A stretch of DNA of 64,000 nt, from the NCBI RefSeq assembly GCF_002364335.1, contig NZ_DEXW01000077.1, forward strand, positions 42,281-106,280, in the 5' to 3' direction. Both the position numbers and the translations under genes were made by a program. Numbering within the stretch: position 1 is the first letter of the stretch; each line of letters starts with the position of its first letter. The notes under the pieces are model-generated. The model saw only the letters and a list, made by a program, of their open reading frames with translations. It had not been told where the DNA came from and searched no databases. The stretch is from Winogradskyella sp. UBA3174. GTDB taxonomy: Bacteria > Bacteroidota > Bacteroidia > Flavobacteriales > Flavobacteriaceae. Of this stretch, positions 9,635 through 20,092 are shown in pieces.

Positions 9635-9684
9635 TTAATTTTAAAAATAAATCATGAGATTCCTGACTACGTAGTAATGACAAT

Positions 9685-10431
9685 TTAAGTCAACATACCA
9701 CCATCAACATGCAAAGTCTGTCCTGTAATATAAGCACTTAACTCACTTGCCAAAAACACACAAGCATTGGCAACATCTTGTGTTGTACCTCCTCTTTTCA
9801 AAGGAATTCCAGCTCTCCAACTATTCACAGTTTCTTCATCTAACTTAGCAGTCATTTCTGTTTCTATAAAACCTGGTGCGATGACGTTACTTCTTATGTT
9901 TCTAGAACCTAACTCTAATGCTACTGATTTAGAAAACCCAATGATACCAGCTTTTGACGCTGCATAATTAGTTTGACCTGCATTACCTTTTACACCAACC
10001 ACAGAACTCATATTAATTATAGACCCTTTGCGTTGTTTTAACATAGGACGCATTACTGCTTTAGTCATATTAAAAACAGACTTTAGGTTAACTTCTATGA
10101 CTTTATCGAAATCAGCTTCAGCCATTCTCATTAACAAATTATCTTTTGTGATACCTGCATTATTTATAAGAATATCTATAGAGCCAAACTCAGCCAAAAC
10201 ATCTTCTGCTAGTTTTTGAGATTCATCAAAATTTGCAGCATTGCTTTGGTATCCTTTTGCTTTGATGCCTAGGGCATTCAGTGCTTTCTCTAGTTCGTTT
10301 GCAGCTTCTACTGACGAGCTGTATGTAAATGCTATATTAGCTCCGTGTTGAGCAAAAACTTCTGCGATACCTTTTCCTATACCACGACTAGCTCCTGTAA
10401 TGATTGCTGTTTTTCCTTCTAATAGTTTCAT
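9685..10431 (-). CDS. fabG: 3-oxoacyl-[ACP] reductase FabG
   Basis: SDR motifs TGASRGIG, NNAG and YAASK; 248 aa. Confidence 0.9.
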   Translation of the reverse strand: MKLLEGKTAIITGASRGIGKGIAEVFAQHGANIAFTYSSSVEAANELEKALNALGIKAKGYQSNAANFDESQKLAEDVLAEFGSIDILINNAGITKDNLLMRMAEADFDKVIEVNLKSVFNMTKAVMRPMLKQRKGSIINMSSVVGVKGNAGQTNYAASKAGIIGFSKSVALELGSRNIRSNVIAPGFIETEMTAKLDEETVNSWRAGIPLKRGGTTQDVANACVFLASELSAYITGQTLHVDGGMLT

Positions 10432-10439
10432 GTTTTATA

Positions 10440-10546
10440 AGTTAGATTAGTTAGTTCTAAATTGACATTATAAGTGTTATTTGTTCTCGATATAATTTTC
10501 AATTTTAATATAAGTTAAAAATCACTCGGACAGACAACTATTAATC
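10440..10546 (-). repeat. Intergenic repeat element, copy C (inverted orientation)
   Basis: The reverse complement reads ATTAATAGTTGTCTGTCCGAGTGA...AATTATATCGAGAAC. This matches the ATTAATAGT...CGAGTG...AATTGTATCGAGAAC layout of copy B. The distal half has diverged. Confidence 0.5.
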
Positions 10547-10590
10547 CTTGCCTCATATCAAATATACCAATTACAAGTTGCATCAAATAA

Positions 10591-10620
10591 AAAAACCTTA
10601 CAAGATTTTGTAAGGTTTTT
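10591..10620 (-). terminator. Intrinsic terminator downstream of sucD
   Basis: Perfect 13-bp stem AAAAACCTTACAA / TTGTAAGGTTTTT with a 4-nt loop. A/T runs flank both sides, so it could act in both directions. Confidence 0.8.
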
Positions 10621-10640
10621 AACAGTTTATAAGGTAAAGA

Positions 10641-11513
10641 TTAGCTTAAAACTTCAGCGACTTTCTTTCCTATTTCAGCAGGAGATTCCACAACGTGAAT
10701 TCCGCATTCTCTCATTATCTTCTTTTTAGCTTGTGCAGTATCATCACTTCCACCAACAATTGCACCAGCATGACCCATTGTACGTCCTGCAGGCGCAGTT
10801 TCACCAGCAATAAAACCAATAACTGGTTTTTTACTTCCACTTTCTTTATACCAGTAAGCTGCATCAGCTTCTAATTGACCACCTATTTCACCTATCATTA
10901 CGACAGCTTCAGTTTCTGAATCGTTAATTAATAATTCTACAGCTTCTTTAGTTGTTGTTCCAATGATTGGATCACCACCAATACCAATAGCTGTTGTTAT
11001 ACCTAAACCTTGTTTTACAACTTGGTCAGCAGCTTCGTAAGTTAACGTACCTGATTTCGAAACAATACCTACAGTACCTGATTTAAAGACAAAACCTGGC
11101 ATAATACCAACTTTAGCTTCACCTGGCGTAATAACACCTGGACAGTTAGGACCAATTAAGCGACATTCTTTATTTTTTATATATGCTGCTGCTTTAATCA
11201 TATCTGCAACAGGAATACCTTCAGTGATAGTTATGATGACTTTGATACCAGCATCTGCAGCTTCCATTATTGCATCTGCAGCAAAAGCTGGTGGTACAAA
11301 AATTATAGTTGTATCAGCAGCTACCTTTTCTACAGCTTCAGAAACTGTATTAAAAACAGGCTTTCCTAAATGGGTTTGACCACCTTTACCAGGTGTTACA
11401 CCACCTACTACATTAGTACCGTACTCAATCATTTGTTCAGCATGAAATGTACCTTCACTACCTGTAAAGCCTTGTACGATTATATTAGAATTCTTATTAA
11501 CTAAAACGCTCAT
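10641..11513 (-). CDS. sucD: Succinyl-CoA synthetase alpha subunit SucD
   Basis: [20 protein letters not shown]-like [10 protein letters not shown] and GHAGAI motifs; 290 aa. Confidence 0.93.
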   Translation of the reverse strand: MSVLVNKNSNIIVQGFTGSEGTFHAEQMIEYGTNVVGGVTPGKGGQTHLGKPVFNTVSEAVEKVAADTTIIFVPPAFAADAIMEAADAGIKVIITITEGIPVADMIKAAAYIKNKECRLIGPNCPGVITPGEAKVGIMPGFVFKSGTVGIVSKSGTLTYEAADQVVKQGLGITTAIGIGGDPIIGTTTKEAVELLINDSETEAVVMIGEIGGQLEADAAYWYKESGSKKPVIGFIAGETAPAGRTMGHAGAIVGGSDDTAQAKKKIMRECGIHVVESPAEIGKKVAEVLS

Positions 11514-11593
11514 TAGATATTTTTGTTTTTAAGTTTAATTCAATTTTTTGTTGTGCAAAAATAAGAGTTTTCAAACGCAAAACCGAAGGCTTT

Positions 11594-12004
11594 TTATATT
11601 TTTCTTTCAGAGTAAGAATTAAGACTCTTACCGTTGTTTTCATCTGCTTGTTGACTTATCTCATAGCCTCTGTAAAGCTTATTGTTTATAATTTCCCAAA
11701 TTGTTGAAAAGTGTGCTAAAACAACTTCATTCTCAGGGTTCTCAATAGTACTTGCAAATAGTGTATGCCTTGTTGTTACTGTTGCATCCACTTCTAATAA
11801 ATGTGTGAATTCAAAACGAATGCTATTATAGGATTGTCTAGTGCCTTCAAAAAAATGAACAATATCATTATAGTTTAATATGGAGAATCCTTGACTACTA
11901 CTCCAATGTAATTCGCAATCTTTGTGAAAATATTTAGCTACTACACTAGAATCATTTGCTAAATCTGACCCGTAAAATTCTTTAACTAATTCTTTTGCTG
12001 ACAT
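11594..12004 (-). CDS. Small NTF2/SnoaL-like fold protein (hypothetical)
   Basis: 136-aa ORF abutting the gene at 12005. The fold guess rests on size and sequence pattern only. Confidence 0.45.
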   Translation of the reverse strand: MSAKELVKEFYGSDLANDSSVVAKYFHKDCELHWSSSQGFSILNYNDIVHFFEGTRQSYNSIRFEFTHLLEVDATVTTRHTLFASTIENPENEVVLAHFSTIWEIINNKLYRGYEISQQADENNGKSLNSYSERKI

Positions 12005-12940
12005 CTATAAATCTTTTAGTTTTTTTAATATTTCAGGGATTTTTTTAATGTAAGCACGTTCTTTAAAAAAAGCTCTTGCTTCTACAGCAGGAGAACCAAA
12101 ATAAGTTTTGCCTTCTTCAGTCGTTTGGCCTAATCCTGATTGTGCAAACAATACTGTTCCTTTTGTAATTGTAATACCACTTTTAACACCAACTTGTCCC
12201 CAAATGGTTACATTATCTTCTACTACAACACAACCTGCAATTCCGGTTTGTGATGCTATTAAACACTTTTTACCAATTACAGTATCGTGACCTATTTGTA
12301 TCTGATTATCTAATTTAGAGCCTTCACCAATTGTTGTATCACCAGTAACACCTCTGTCTATTGTGCAAAGTGCACCAATATCAACATTATTTTTTATAAC
12401 CACTCGTCCACCAGATTTTAACTGATCATAACCTTCTGGTCTATTCTTATAATAAAAGGCACTTGCTCCTAGTATAGTGCCAGCATGAATCGTTACGTTA
12501 TCACCTATTATGGTATTATCATAAATACTGACGTTAGAGTGAATTATACAATCCTTACCAATGGTCACATTATTGCCAATAAAACAGTTTGGTTGTATAA
12601 CTGTACCTCTGCCAATAAACGCATCATCTGCGATTGAAGCGTTGGAAGACTTAAATGGTTTGAAATGCTGTGTGAGTTTATTAAAATCTCGAAACGGATC
12701 TTCCGAAATTAAAAGCGCTTTTCCTTTCGGACATTCTACTTCCTTATTTATTAAAACAATAGTAGCCGCAGATTCTAATGCCTTGTCATAATATTTAGGG
12801 TGATCAACAAAAACAATATCACCAGTTTCTACAACATGGATTTCATTCATGCCTAAAACCTTAAAGTCTTCAGGGCCAATAAAACTACAATCTATGAGTT
12901 TGGCTATTTCTTTTAAAGTATGTGGTTTTGGAAACTTCAT
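12005..12940 (-). CDS. lpxD: UDP-3-O-acylglucosamine N-acyltransferase paralog (LpxD2-type, 311 aa)
   Basis: N-terminal LpxD-like domain plus long left-handed beta-helix hexapeptide repeats. This is the second lpxD-like gene in the cluster. Confidence 0.75.
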   Translation of the reverse strand: MKFPKPHTLKEIAKLIDCSFIGPEDFKVLGMNEIHVVETGDIVFVDHPKYYDKALESAATIVLINKEVECPKGKALLISEDPFRDFNKLTQHFKPFKSSNASIADDAFIGRGTVIQPNCFIGNNVTIGKDCIIHSNVSIYDNTIIGDNVTIHAGTILGASAFYYKNRPEGYDQLKSGGRVVIKNNVDIGALCTIDRGVTGDTTIGEGSKLDNQIQIGHDTVIGKKCLIASQTGIAGCVVVEDNVTIWGQVGVKSGITITKGTVLFAQSGLGQTTEEGKTYFGSPAVEARAFFKERAYIKKIPEILKKLKDL

Positions 12941-12951
12941 AATTTAGATTT

Positions 12952-13008
12952 CAGTCACAGTTTTTAGTGATAAAGTAGCATTTAATAGCATACCGAATAC
13001 TGTGACTG
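12952..13008. repeat. Perfect 10-bp inverted repeat CAGTCACAGT / ACTGTGACTG with a 37-nt spacer
   Basis: Read directly from the sequence. It sits in the efp-lpxD2 spacer and has no following U-run. Confidence 0.5.
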
Positions 13009-13020
13009 CTAACTTAATAA

Positions 13021-13587
13021 TTACTCCTTTACACGTTCTTTATAAGTTCCTTTCTCTGTTTCAACCTTGATTTTATCGCCTTCGTTTATGAATAAAGGCA
13101 CATTAATCTCTGCTCCTGACTCAACAGTTGCTGGCTTAGTAGCATTAGTTGCTGTATTACCTTTAATTCCAGGCTCTGTAGATGTAACTTCAAGAATAAC
13201 AGATGCTGGCAAATCAACCGAAAGTGGCATATCATCTTCAGTATTGATAAGAATGGTAACTACCTGACCCTCTTTCATTAAACCAGGATTGTCAAGAGCA
13301 GCTTCTAATAATCTTATTTGTGTGTAATCAGCCTCATTCATAAAGTGAAAGAACTCACCATCATTATACAAATACTGAAATTTATGAGTTTCGACACGAA
13401 CATCTTCAATTTTATGACCTGCAGAAAATGTATTGTCTAAGACTTTTCCACTAGTAACACTTTTCATTTTAGTTCTAACAAAAGCAGGGCCTTTACCAGG
13501 TTTTACATGAAGAAACTCAATAATTTTATATATATCGTTATTATATTTTATACATAATCCGTTTCTAATATCTGAAGTACTTGCCAT
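13021..13587 (-). CDS. efp: Elongation factor P
   Basis: KPGKGPAFVRTKMK motif; 188 aa. Confidence 0.93.
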   Translation of the reverse strand: MASTSDIRNGLCIKYNNDIYKIIEFLHVKPGKGPAFVRTKMKSVTSGKVLDNTFSAGHKIEDVRVETHKFQYLYNDGEFFHFMNEADYTQIRLLEAALDNPGLMKEGQVVTILINTEDDMPLSVDLPASVILEVTSTEPGIKGNTATNATKPATVESGAEINVPLFINEGDKIKVETEKGTYKERVKE

Positions 13588-13674
13588 AAATTTGTTTATT
13601 TGTTGAACCGTTTAGTTTTATATTTTATTCTGAACGATTAAATTTCTTGTATTTTCTACGCTCGCTTTTTGAAA

Positions 13675-14460
13675 TTAATTGGATTTGAAATAGCCTTTCA
13701 TAATTCCTCGATGCGAATTCTTAATAAATTGAAGAATTTCGTCTCGCTCTGGAGTCGCTTCCAACTCTGCTTCAATAAAATCTGACGCTTGTGTATTATT
13801 ATAATTTTTTTGATATAATATTCTATATATTCCTTGAATTTCTCTAATTTTTTCTGATGTGTATCCTCTTCGTCTTAAGCCTACGGAATTAATTCCGACA
13901 TAAGATAATGGCTCTCTACCAGCTTTTACAAAAGGCGGTACATCTTTACGAACTAAAGATCCACCAGTGACAAAGGCATGATTTCCTACAGAGACAAATT
14001 GATGAACAGCTGTCATACCTGCTAATACAACATAGTCACCAATAGTAATGTGCCCAGCTAAAGTACTATTATTAGAAAAAATACAATTATTACCCACAAT
14101 ACAATCATGTGCAATATGGCAATACGCCATAATTAAACAATTGTCACCTATTACGGTTTTCATTTTGTCAGTTGTACCTCGATTTATGGTCACACATTCT
14201 CTTATAGTTACGTTATTTCCTATCTCTACAGTCGTATCCTCATCATTGTATTTCAAATCTTGTGGTACAGCAGAAATCACAGCACCAGGGAAAATATTAC
14301 AATTCTTTCCAATTCGAGCACCCTCCATAATGGTAACGTTACTTCCTATCCAAGTGCCTTCACCAATTTTCACATTATTATGAATGGTTGTAAAAGGCTC
14401 TATAACTACATTCTTAGCGATTTTTGCCCCAGGATGTACGTAAGCTAAAGGTTGGTTCAT
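13675..14460 (-). CDS. lpxA: Acyl-ACP--UDP-GlcNAc O-acyltransferase LpxA
   Basis: Hexapeptide repeats plus an LpxA C-terminal helical domain; 261 aa; lipid A cluster context. Confidence 0.9.
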   Translation of the reverse strand: MNQPLAYVHPGAKIAKNVVIEPFTTIHNNVKIGEGTWIGSNVTIMEGARIGKNCNIFPGAVISAVPQDLKYNDEDTTVEIGNNVTIRECVTINRGTTDKMKTVIGDNCLIMAYCHIAHDCIVGNNCIFSNNSTLAGHITIGDYVVLAGMTAVHQFVSVGNHAFVTGGSLVRKDVPPFVKAGREPLSYVGINSVGLRRRGYTSEKIREIQGIYRILYQKNYNNTQASDFIEAELEATPERDEILQFIKNSHRGIMKGYFKSN

Positions 14461-14485
14461 TTTTCAAGTTTTAGTTTTGATAAAG

Positions 14486-14550
14486 CTGTAAAAATATGTT
14501 CGCCTCGGAACTTACAGTTATCTTTTAATATATTGGATTCCACTCGGTTC
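14486..14550 (-). repeat. Degenerate copy (E) of the intergenic repeat element
   Basis: The reverse complement reads CCGAGTGGAATCC...(about 30 nt)...CCGAGGCGAAC, which parallels CGAGTGG...TATCGAGAAC of copy B. The match is weak. Confidence 0.3.
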
Positions 14551-14553
14551 ATT

Positions 14554-15960
14554 TTATTTTACTTTTGAAATTTGGGCCATTAATTCAGCTTCTGCGCATA
14601 ATTTACCATTTGCATAAGCATAACCTTGCATGTGGCAAATACCTCTTCGTATTGGTGTAATTAACGAACATTTAAAAATCAGAGTATCGCCAGGAACAAC
14701 TTTTTGTTTAAATTTTACCTTATCCATTTTCATGAAAAATGTGAGGTAGTTTTCAGGATCTGGAACTGTACTTAAAACCAAGATACCACCAGTCTGTGCC
14801 ATAGCTTCAACTATTAAAACACCTGGCATTACCGGTGCACCTGGAAAATGTCCTCTGAAGAATTCTTCATTCATGGTGACATTTTTCATTCCAATGACAT
14901 GATTTTTTGTTAACTCAAAAACCTTATCTATCAATAGAAATGGTTGTCTGTGCGGTAGCATATCCATAATTTGATTAACATCCATCAATGGAGTAGAATT
15001 CAAATCTACCTGTGGCATATTGTTACGCCTTTCATTCTTAATAAGTTTAGACATTTTTTTAGCAAACTGGGTATTCACAAAATGACCTGGTTTATTCGCT
15101 ATAACTTTTCCACGAATACGAGTACCTATTAAAGCTAAATCCCCAACGACATCTAATAATTTATGTCGTGCAGCTTCATTAGGATAATGTAACGTTAAGT
15201 TATCTAAAATGCCATTAGGTTTTATGGTTATTTTATCTTTATTAAAAGCTATCCTTAACTTCTCCATAGTCTCTGGTGACAACTCCTTATCAACATAAAC
15301 TATAGCATTATTTAGGTCACCACCTTTTATTAAACCATGCTCTAAAAGCATTTCAATTTCATGTAAAAAGCTAAAAGTTCTAGCATCTGCAATCTCAGTC
15401 TTAAAATCTGCGACAGAAGTCATCGTAGCATTTTGAGTTCCTAAGACTTTAGTACCAAAATCTACCATTGTAGTTACTTGGTAAGAATTTGATGGCATAA
15501 GGATTATTTCACTTCCTGTTTCTTCATCTGCGTATGAAACTACCTGAGTTACTTCGTATTCTTCCCTGAAAGCCTCTTGTTCTATAATACCAGCTTTTTC
15601 TATAGCTTCGACAAAGAATTTTGAAGAGCCATCCATTATTGGTGGTTCTGAAGCATTTAATTCTATAACAGCATTATCTATATCTAACCCTACCAAAGCC
15701 GCAAGTACATGTTCGCATGTTTGGATAGTGACACCATTTCTCTCTAAACATGTTCCACGTTGGGTATTTGTGACATAGCTAGCGTCTGCTTCTATCTTTG
15801 GGCTTCCTTCTAAATCTACACGTTCAAATAAAAAGCCTGAATTTTCTACACCTGGCTTAAAAACCAATGTTACGTCAGCACCTGTATGAAGGCCAACACC
15901 TCTGAGTGCGACTTCTTTTTCGATAGTTTTTTGTTTGATTTCCGTTTTAATTATGGCCAT
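14554..15960 (-). CDS. lpxC: Bifunctional UDP-3-O-acyl-GlcNAc deacetylase / 3-hydroxyacyl-ACP dehydratase (LpxC-FabZ fusion)
   Basis: 468 aa with an N-terminal LpxC region (GVGLHTG) and a C-terminal FabZ hotdog region ([16 protein letters not shown]). This fusion is typical of Bacteroidota. Confidence 0.92.
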   Translation of the reverse strand: MAIIKTEIKQKTIEKEVALRGVGLHTGADVTLVFKPGVENSGFLFERVDLEGSPKIEADASYVTNTQRGTCLERNGVTIQTCEHVLAALVGLDIDNAVIELNASEPPIMDGSSKFFVEAIEKAGIIEQEAFREEYEVTQVVSYADEETGSEIILMPSNSYQVTTMVDFGTKVLGTQNATMTSVADFKTEIADARTFSFLHEIEMLLEHGLIKGGDLNNAIVYVDKELSPETMEKLRIAFNKDKITIKPNGILDNLTLHYPNEAARHKLLDVVGDLALIGTRIRGKVIANKPGHFVNTQFAKKMSKLIKNERRNNMPQVDLNSTPLMDVNQIMDMLPHRQPFLLIDKVFELTKNHVIGMKNVTMNEEFFRGHFPGAPVMPGVLIVEAMAQTGGILVLSTVPDPENYLTFFMKMDKVKFKQKVVPGDTLIFKCSLITPIRRGICHMQGYAYANGKLCAEAELMAQISKVK

Positions 15961-16975
15961 CTACTTTCTTTTCTAATTCGTTTATAGTTTTAACTAGTTT
16001 AGGTAAATTCTTAAAATACACATACGATTTATTAAAGTCACCGTAAGTAAAGGCTGGAGAACCTTGTAAGATCTCATTATCTTTTACATTTCTACCAATA
16101 CCAGATTGTGCCTGTATTCTTACATTGTTACCGATAACTAAATGACCAGCAATACCAACTTGTCCACCAATAAGGCAACTTTTGCCTATTTTAGTAGAAC
16201 CAGCTACGCCAGTTTGTGCTGCAATTACAGTATTTTTACCTATTTCTACATTGTGCGCAATCTGTATTTGATTATCTAGCTTTACACCAGATCTTATAAT
16301 TGTAGATCCCATTGTAGCTCGGTCTACAGTTGTACCTGCGCCAATATCTACAAAATCCTCTATAATCACATTACCAATCTGTGGAATTTTAGAATATTCA
16401 CCATTTTTACCTGGAGCAAACCCAAAACCATCAGCTCCAATTATTGAACCCGAATTTATGACACAATTATCACCTATAATACAATCTGCATAGACTTTAC
16501 CACCTGCAAAAATAACGGTGTTGTTCCCTAATGTTACATTATCACCAACATAAGCATTAGGAAAAATCTTTACATTTTTACCAATTTCAACATTATCTCC
16601 TATATAAGCAAATGCACCAACGTAAACGTCATCGGGTACTTTAGTCGTTTCTGCTATAAAACTGGGCTGCTCAATGCCAGACTTGTTTAACTTAATCTGA
16701 TTGTAATATTCTAGTAATTTTGAAAATCCTTCATAGGCATCTTCTACCTTAACTAAGGTAGTTAGGATTGGATTTTCTGCCTCAAAGTCCGCATTTACAA
16801 TAGTAATAGAGGCATCTGTTGTATATATATAAGGAGTGTATTTTGGATTAGATAAAAATGTTAATGATCCTTTAACACCTTCTTCTATCTTAGATAATTT
16901 GTAAACTTCAATATTAGGGTCGCCAACGACTGTTCCTTCTAAAATACCTGCGATTTGTTCTGCTGTAAATTTCAA
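15947..16975 (-). CDS. lpxD: UDP-3-O-acylglucosamine N-acyltransferase LpxD
   Basis: 342 aa with MKFTAEQIA start and extended hexapeptide repeats. Overlaps lpxC/fabZ by 14 nt. Confidence 0.9.
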   Translation of the reverse strand: MKFTAEQIAGILEGTVVGDPNIEVYKLSKIEEGVKGSLTFLSNPKYTPYIYTTDASITIVNADFEAENPILTTLVKVEDAYEGFSKLLEYYNQIKLNKSGIEQPSFIAETTKVPDDVYVGAFAYIGDNVEIGKNVKIFPNAYVGDNVTLGNNTVIFAGGKVYADCIIGDNCVINSGSIIGADGFGFAPGKNGEYSKIPQIGNVIIEDFVDIGAGTTVDRATMGSTIIRSGVKLDNQIQIAHNVEIGKNTVIAAQTGVAGSTKIGKSCLIGGQVGIAGHLVIGNNVRIQAQSGIGRNVKDNEILQGSPAFTYGDFNKSYVYFKNLPKLVKTINELEKKVDGHN

Positions 16976-17026
16976 TTAATTGATTTTAATTAGTCTGTTG
17001 GTTTCCGCAAAAATAGAAAAAATGTA

Positions 17027-18271
17027 TCACATTTTCTTTTTAGGATAACATATATAGTATTTCGTCACGGGTTTACTTAATGCTTTCAGGTTTAATTGAT
17101 CTGATACCTTCACAATATCCTTTATTTTACCGGACTTTAAAAGGATATTAATATTTTGTTTTTTAATTTGATAAGCCTGATTTGTTATCTCGCCTGTAAA
17201 TACAAAATAGTCAGCTTCTTGCTTCGTAATATTATATTTTTCAATAAGCGCTTTACAATGCTCATTTAATGCTATTGCATCTATTGGTTTATTTTTCAGC
17301 TTTATTTTTAATAAATCTCTATTTATTATCATTTCACAAAGATTACTCAAAACAAAATCGTTGTGATGTTGCCAATCTTTCATCGCTGATATAATATCAT
17401 AATCATCGAGTTTTGCAAAAACACTTAACGTCTCCTTTGTAAAACTCATTGTATTAATTTCGGAATTAAGAAAATAATTTAGTGCTATGCTGCATTGTAA
17501 TTTGGATCCTTTGTCTACTAATTCTTTAGCACGTTTTAGTACTCTAATTACTAGTTGCTCTGCAACCAAGCCTGTTTTGTGCAAATAGACTTGCCAATAC
17601 ATAAAACGTCTAGCTACTAAAAATTTCTCTATACTGTAGATGCCTTTTTCCTCAACAACTAACTCATCTCTCACCACATTTAGCATTGTAATTAAACGTT
17701 CGCTGTTTATATTACCTTCAGCAACACCTGTATAGAAACTATCGCGCTTTAAATAGTCTGCTCTATCCATATCTAGCTGGCTCGATATGAGCTGACACAT
17801 AAACTTTCGAGGATATTCGCCTTTAAAGATTGAAATAGCTAACGTTAAACTTCCGTTAAATTCTTCATTGAGTTCTTCCATAAAACGGAGTGAAATTTCT
17901 TCGTGAGAAATATCATTAACAATACTATGTTCCATAGCATGTGAAAAAGGGCCATGCCCAATATCGTGTAATAAAATAGCAACTAAAAGTCCGTTTTCTT
18001 CATCTTCAGATACTTCAACACCCTTAAAACGAAGAACATTCAACGCTTTTTGCATTAAGTGCATACTTCCTAATGCATGATGAAAACGTGTGTGGTGCGC
18101 ACCAGGATAAACCAAATAAGATAATCCCATTTGACTGATACGACGTAACCTCTGAAAGTACTTATGCTGAATGAGATCAAAAATTAACGAATTGGGGATA
18201 GTAATAAATCCGTAGATTGGATCGTTAAATATTTTTAGTTTGTTTTTTGTAGACAAAACTTTAAAATTCAA
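17027..18271 (-). CDS. HD-domain phosphohydrolase (dGTPase-like family)
   Basis: HHTRFHHALG and LLHDIGHGPFSH motifs; 414 aa. Confidence 0.8.
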   Translation of the reverse strand: MNFKVLSTKNKLKIFNDPIYGFITIPNSLIFDLIQHKYFQRLRRISQMGLSYLVYPGAHHTRFHHALGSMHLMQKALNVLRFKGVEVSEDEENGLLVAILLHDIGHGPFSHAMEHSIVNDISHEEISLRFMEELNEEFNGSLTLAISIFKGEYPRKFMCQLISSQLDMDRADYLKRDSFYTGVAEGNINSERLITMLNVVRDELVVEEKGIYSIEKFLVARRFMYWQVYLHKTGLVAEQLVIRVLKRAKELVDKGSKLQCSIALNYFLNSEINTMSFTKETLSVFAKLDDYDIISAMKDWQHHNDFVLSNLCEMIINRDLLKIKLKNKPIDAIALNEHCKALIEKYNITKQEADYFVFTGEITNQAYQIKKQNINILLKSGKIKDIVKVSDQLNLKALSKPVTKYYICYPKKKM

Positions 18272-18297
18272 TAATTAAGAAACAAATATACACCAAC

Positions 18298-19845
18298 ATG
18301 ATAAATATTCTTTGGGTTGACGATGAAATAGACTTGTTAAAACCACATATCATTTTTTTAGAGCAAAAACACTATATAGTTACCACTTGCCAAAGTGGTA
18401 CTGAAGCCTTAGAAATTATTAACGATACAAATTTTGATATTGTTTTCTTAGATGAAAATATGCCGGGTTTAACTGGTCTTGAAACTTTGAATGAAATTAA
18501 AGAACGTCGTGCCAATCTTCCTGTTGTAATGATTACAAAAAGTGAAGAGGAATATATTATGGAAGAAGCCATTGGTAATAAAATTGCTGATTATTTAATT
18601 AAACCTGTAAATCCACATCAGATATTATTGAGTTTAAAGAAAAATTTAGATCATTCACGATTAGTTTCAGAAAAAACCACTTCTAATTATCAGCAAGAAT
18701 TCAGAAAAATTGCTATGGATTTATCTATGGTTAATTCTTATGAAGAATGGGTAGTCCTTTACCAAAAGTTAGTTTATTGGGAATTACAACTTGAAGGCAT
18801 TGAAGATGTAGGAATGACAGATATTCTTGAGTCACAAAAAACGGAAGCCAACGCACAGTTTGGTAAATTTATTGAGAAAAATTATGAAGATTGGTTTCAG
18901 CCCAACACGGATTCACCTATAATGTCTCATACACTTTTTAAAGACAAAGTAGTACCAGAGTTAAGTGATAAGCAACCTACCTTATTAATAGTTATAGATA
19001 ATTTACGTTACGATCAGTGGAAAGCTTTTGAACCTATAGTAAATAACTATTATAAGAAAGCATCAGAATTATCTTTTTACAGCATCTTACCAACTGCTAC
19101 GCAATATGCACGTAATGCTATCTTCTCAGGGTTAATGCCTGCAGATATGGAAAAGCTATTTCCTCAGTATTGGAAAAATGACACCGATGAAGGTGGGAAA
19201 AATATGCATGAAGCTGATTTCTTGAGAGAACAATTAAAACGCTTAGGGCTTTCTAATATAAAATACGACTATCACAAAATCACAAATTTGAAAGCTGGTA
19301 AAAAATTAGTTGAAAATTTTCGTTCTTTAAAAAATAACGACTTAAACGTTATTGTTTATAATTTTGTAGATATGCTTTCGCACTCCAAAACAGAGATGGA
19401 CGTTGTTAAAGAGCTGGCCTCAGATGATAAAGCCTACCGTTCTTTAACGGTTAGTTGGTTTAAAAATTCACCGTTATTAGAAATGATTCAGCTTTCTCAG
19501 CAACTCGGTTTTAAATTAATTTTAACCACAGATCACGGCACTATAAATGTAAAAGCACCATCTAAAGTTATTGGAGATAGAGATACGAGTTCAAATTTAC
19601 GTTACAAAACAGGTAGAAGCCTTACCTACCAAGAAAAAGATGTGTTGGCCATAAAAGACCCAAAATCAGTTCACTTACCATCACTAACTATGAGCAGTTC
19701 ATTTATTTTTGCTAAAGGTGATTTATTTTTGGCTTACCCAAATAACTTTAATCATTATGTAAGTTATTACAGAAACACCTATCAACATGGTGGTGTGTCT
19801 TTAGAAGAAATGATTATTCCTTTTGTAGTTATGGATCCTAAATAG
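18298..19845 (+). CDS. porX: PorX-type response regulator (REC domain fused to a PglZ/alkaline-phosphatase-like domain)
   Basis: N-terminal receiver (ILWVDDE...FLDENMPG...K) followed by a ~380-aa PglZ-like domain (IDNLRYDQW, TTDHG); 515 aa. Confidence 0.8.
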   Translation: MINILWVDDEIDLLKPHIIFLEQKHYIVTTCQSGTEALEIINDTNFDIVFLDENMPGLTGLETLNEIKERRANLPVVMITKSEEEYIMEEAIGNKIADYLIKPVNPHQILLSLKKNLDHSRLVSEKTTSNYQQEFRKIAMDLSMVNSYEEWVVLYQKLVYWELQLEGIEDVGMTDILESQKTEANAQFGKFIEKNYEDWFQPNTDSPIMSHTLFKDKVVPELSDKQPTLLIVIDNLRYDQWKAFEPIVNNYYKKASELSFYSILPTATQYARNAIFSGLMPADMEKLFPQYWKNDTDEGGKNMHEADFLREQLKRLGLSNIKYDYHKITNLKAGKKLVENFRSLKNNDLNVIVYNFVDMLSHSKTEMDVVKELASDDKAYRSLTVSWFKNSPLLEMIQLSQQLGFKLILTTDHGTINVKAPSKVIGDRDTSSNLRYKTGRSLTYQEKDVLAIKDPKSVHLPSLTMSSSFIFAKGDLFLAYPNNFNHYVSYYRNTYQHGGVSLEEMIIPFVVMDPK

Positions 19846-20092
19846 TTATTGTTCTGAAAATGGTATTAGATATAAAAGATAACTAATTTCTAAAATGAAT
19901 AAAGGAAAACAAGCAAGTGAGTTGTCACTAAATTACTTCTAAACACAGAAAACCAATACATATATCATATTGAGACATTGTGGAAATATTAATAAAGTAC
20001 AACACTCATATTCTTATATAAAATCTATTAAAAGCAAAAAAACCCGATGAAACACGCTTTTTTCTAGGAATTCACAATATTTATGCTTAATA

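Noticed and set aside
9666-9675. Perfect 10-bp palindrome ACTACGTAGT just after the fabG stop, considered as a terminator or as a fragment of the repeat family
   Set aside because: It is too short to form a stable terminator and no adjacent U-run follows the stem. Similarity to the CGAGTG/GTGACG repeat family is not convincing. It is mentioned only within the small-ORF finding.
17027-19845. HD-domain gene next to a PglZ-domain gene, which could suggest a BREX-like phage defence fragment
   Set aside because: The PglZ domain is fused to an N-terminal receiver domain, which is the PorX architecture of T9SS regulation. No BrxA/B/C/L, PglX methyltransferase or other defence genes are nearby. The HD protein sits in a conserved lipid A neighbourhood.
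19846-20092. 247-nt spacer after porX, scanned for an sRNA, a terminator or a small ORF (MNKGKQASELSLNYF)
   Set aside because: It has no convincing hairpin or U-run, the ORF is only 15 codons with no features, and nothing is repeated elsewhere in the window.
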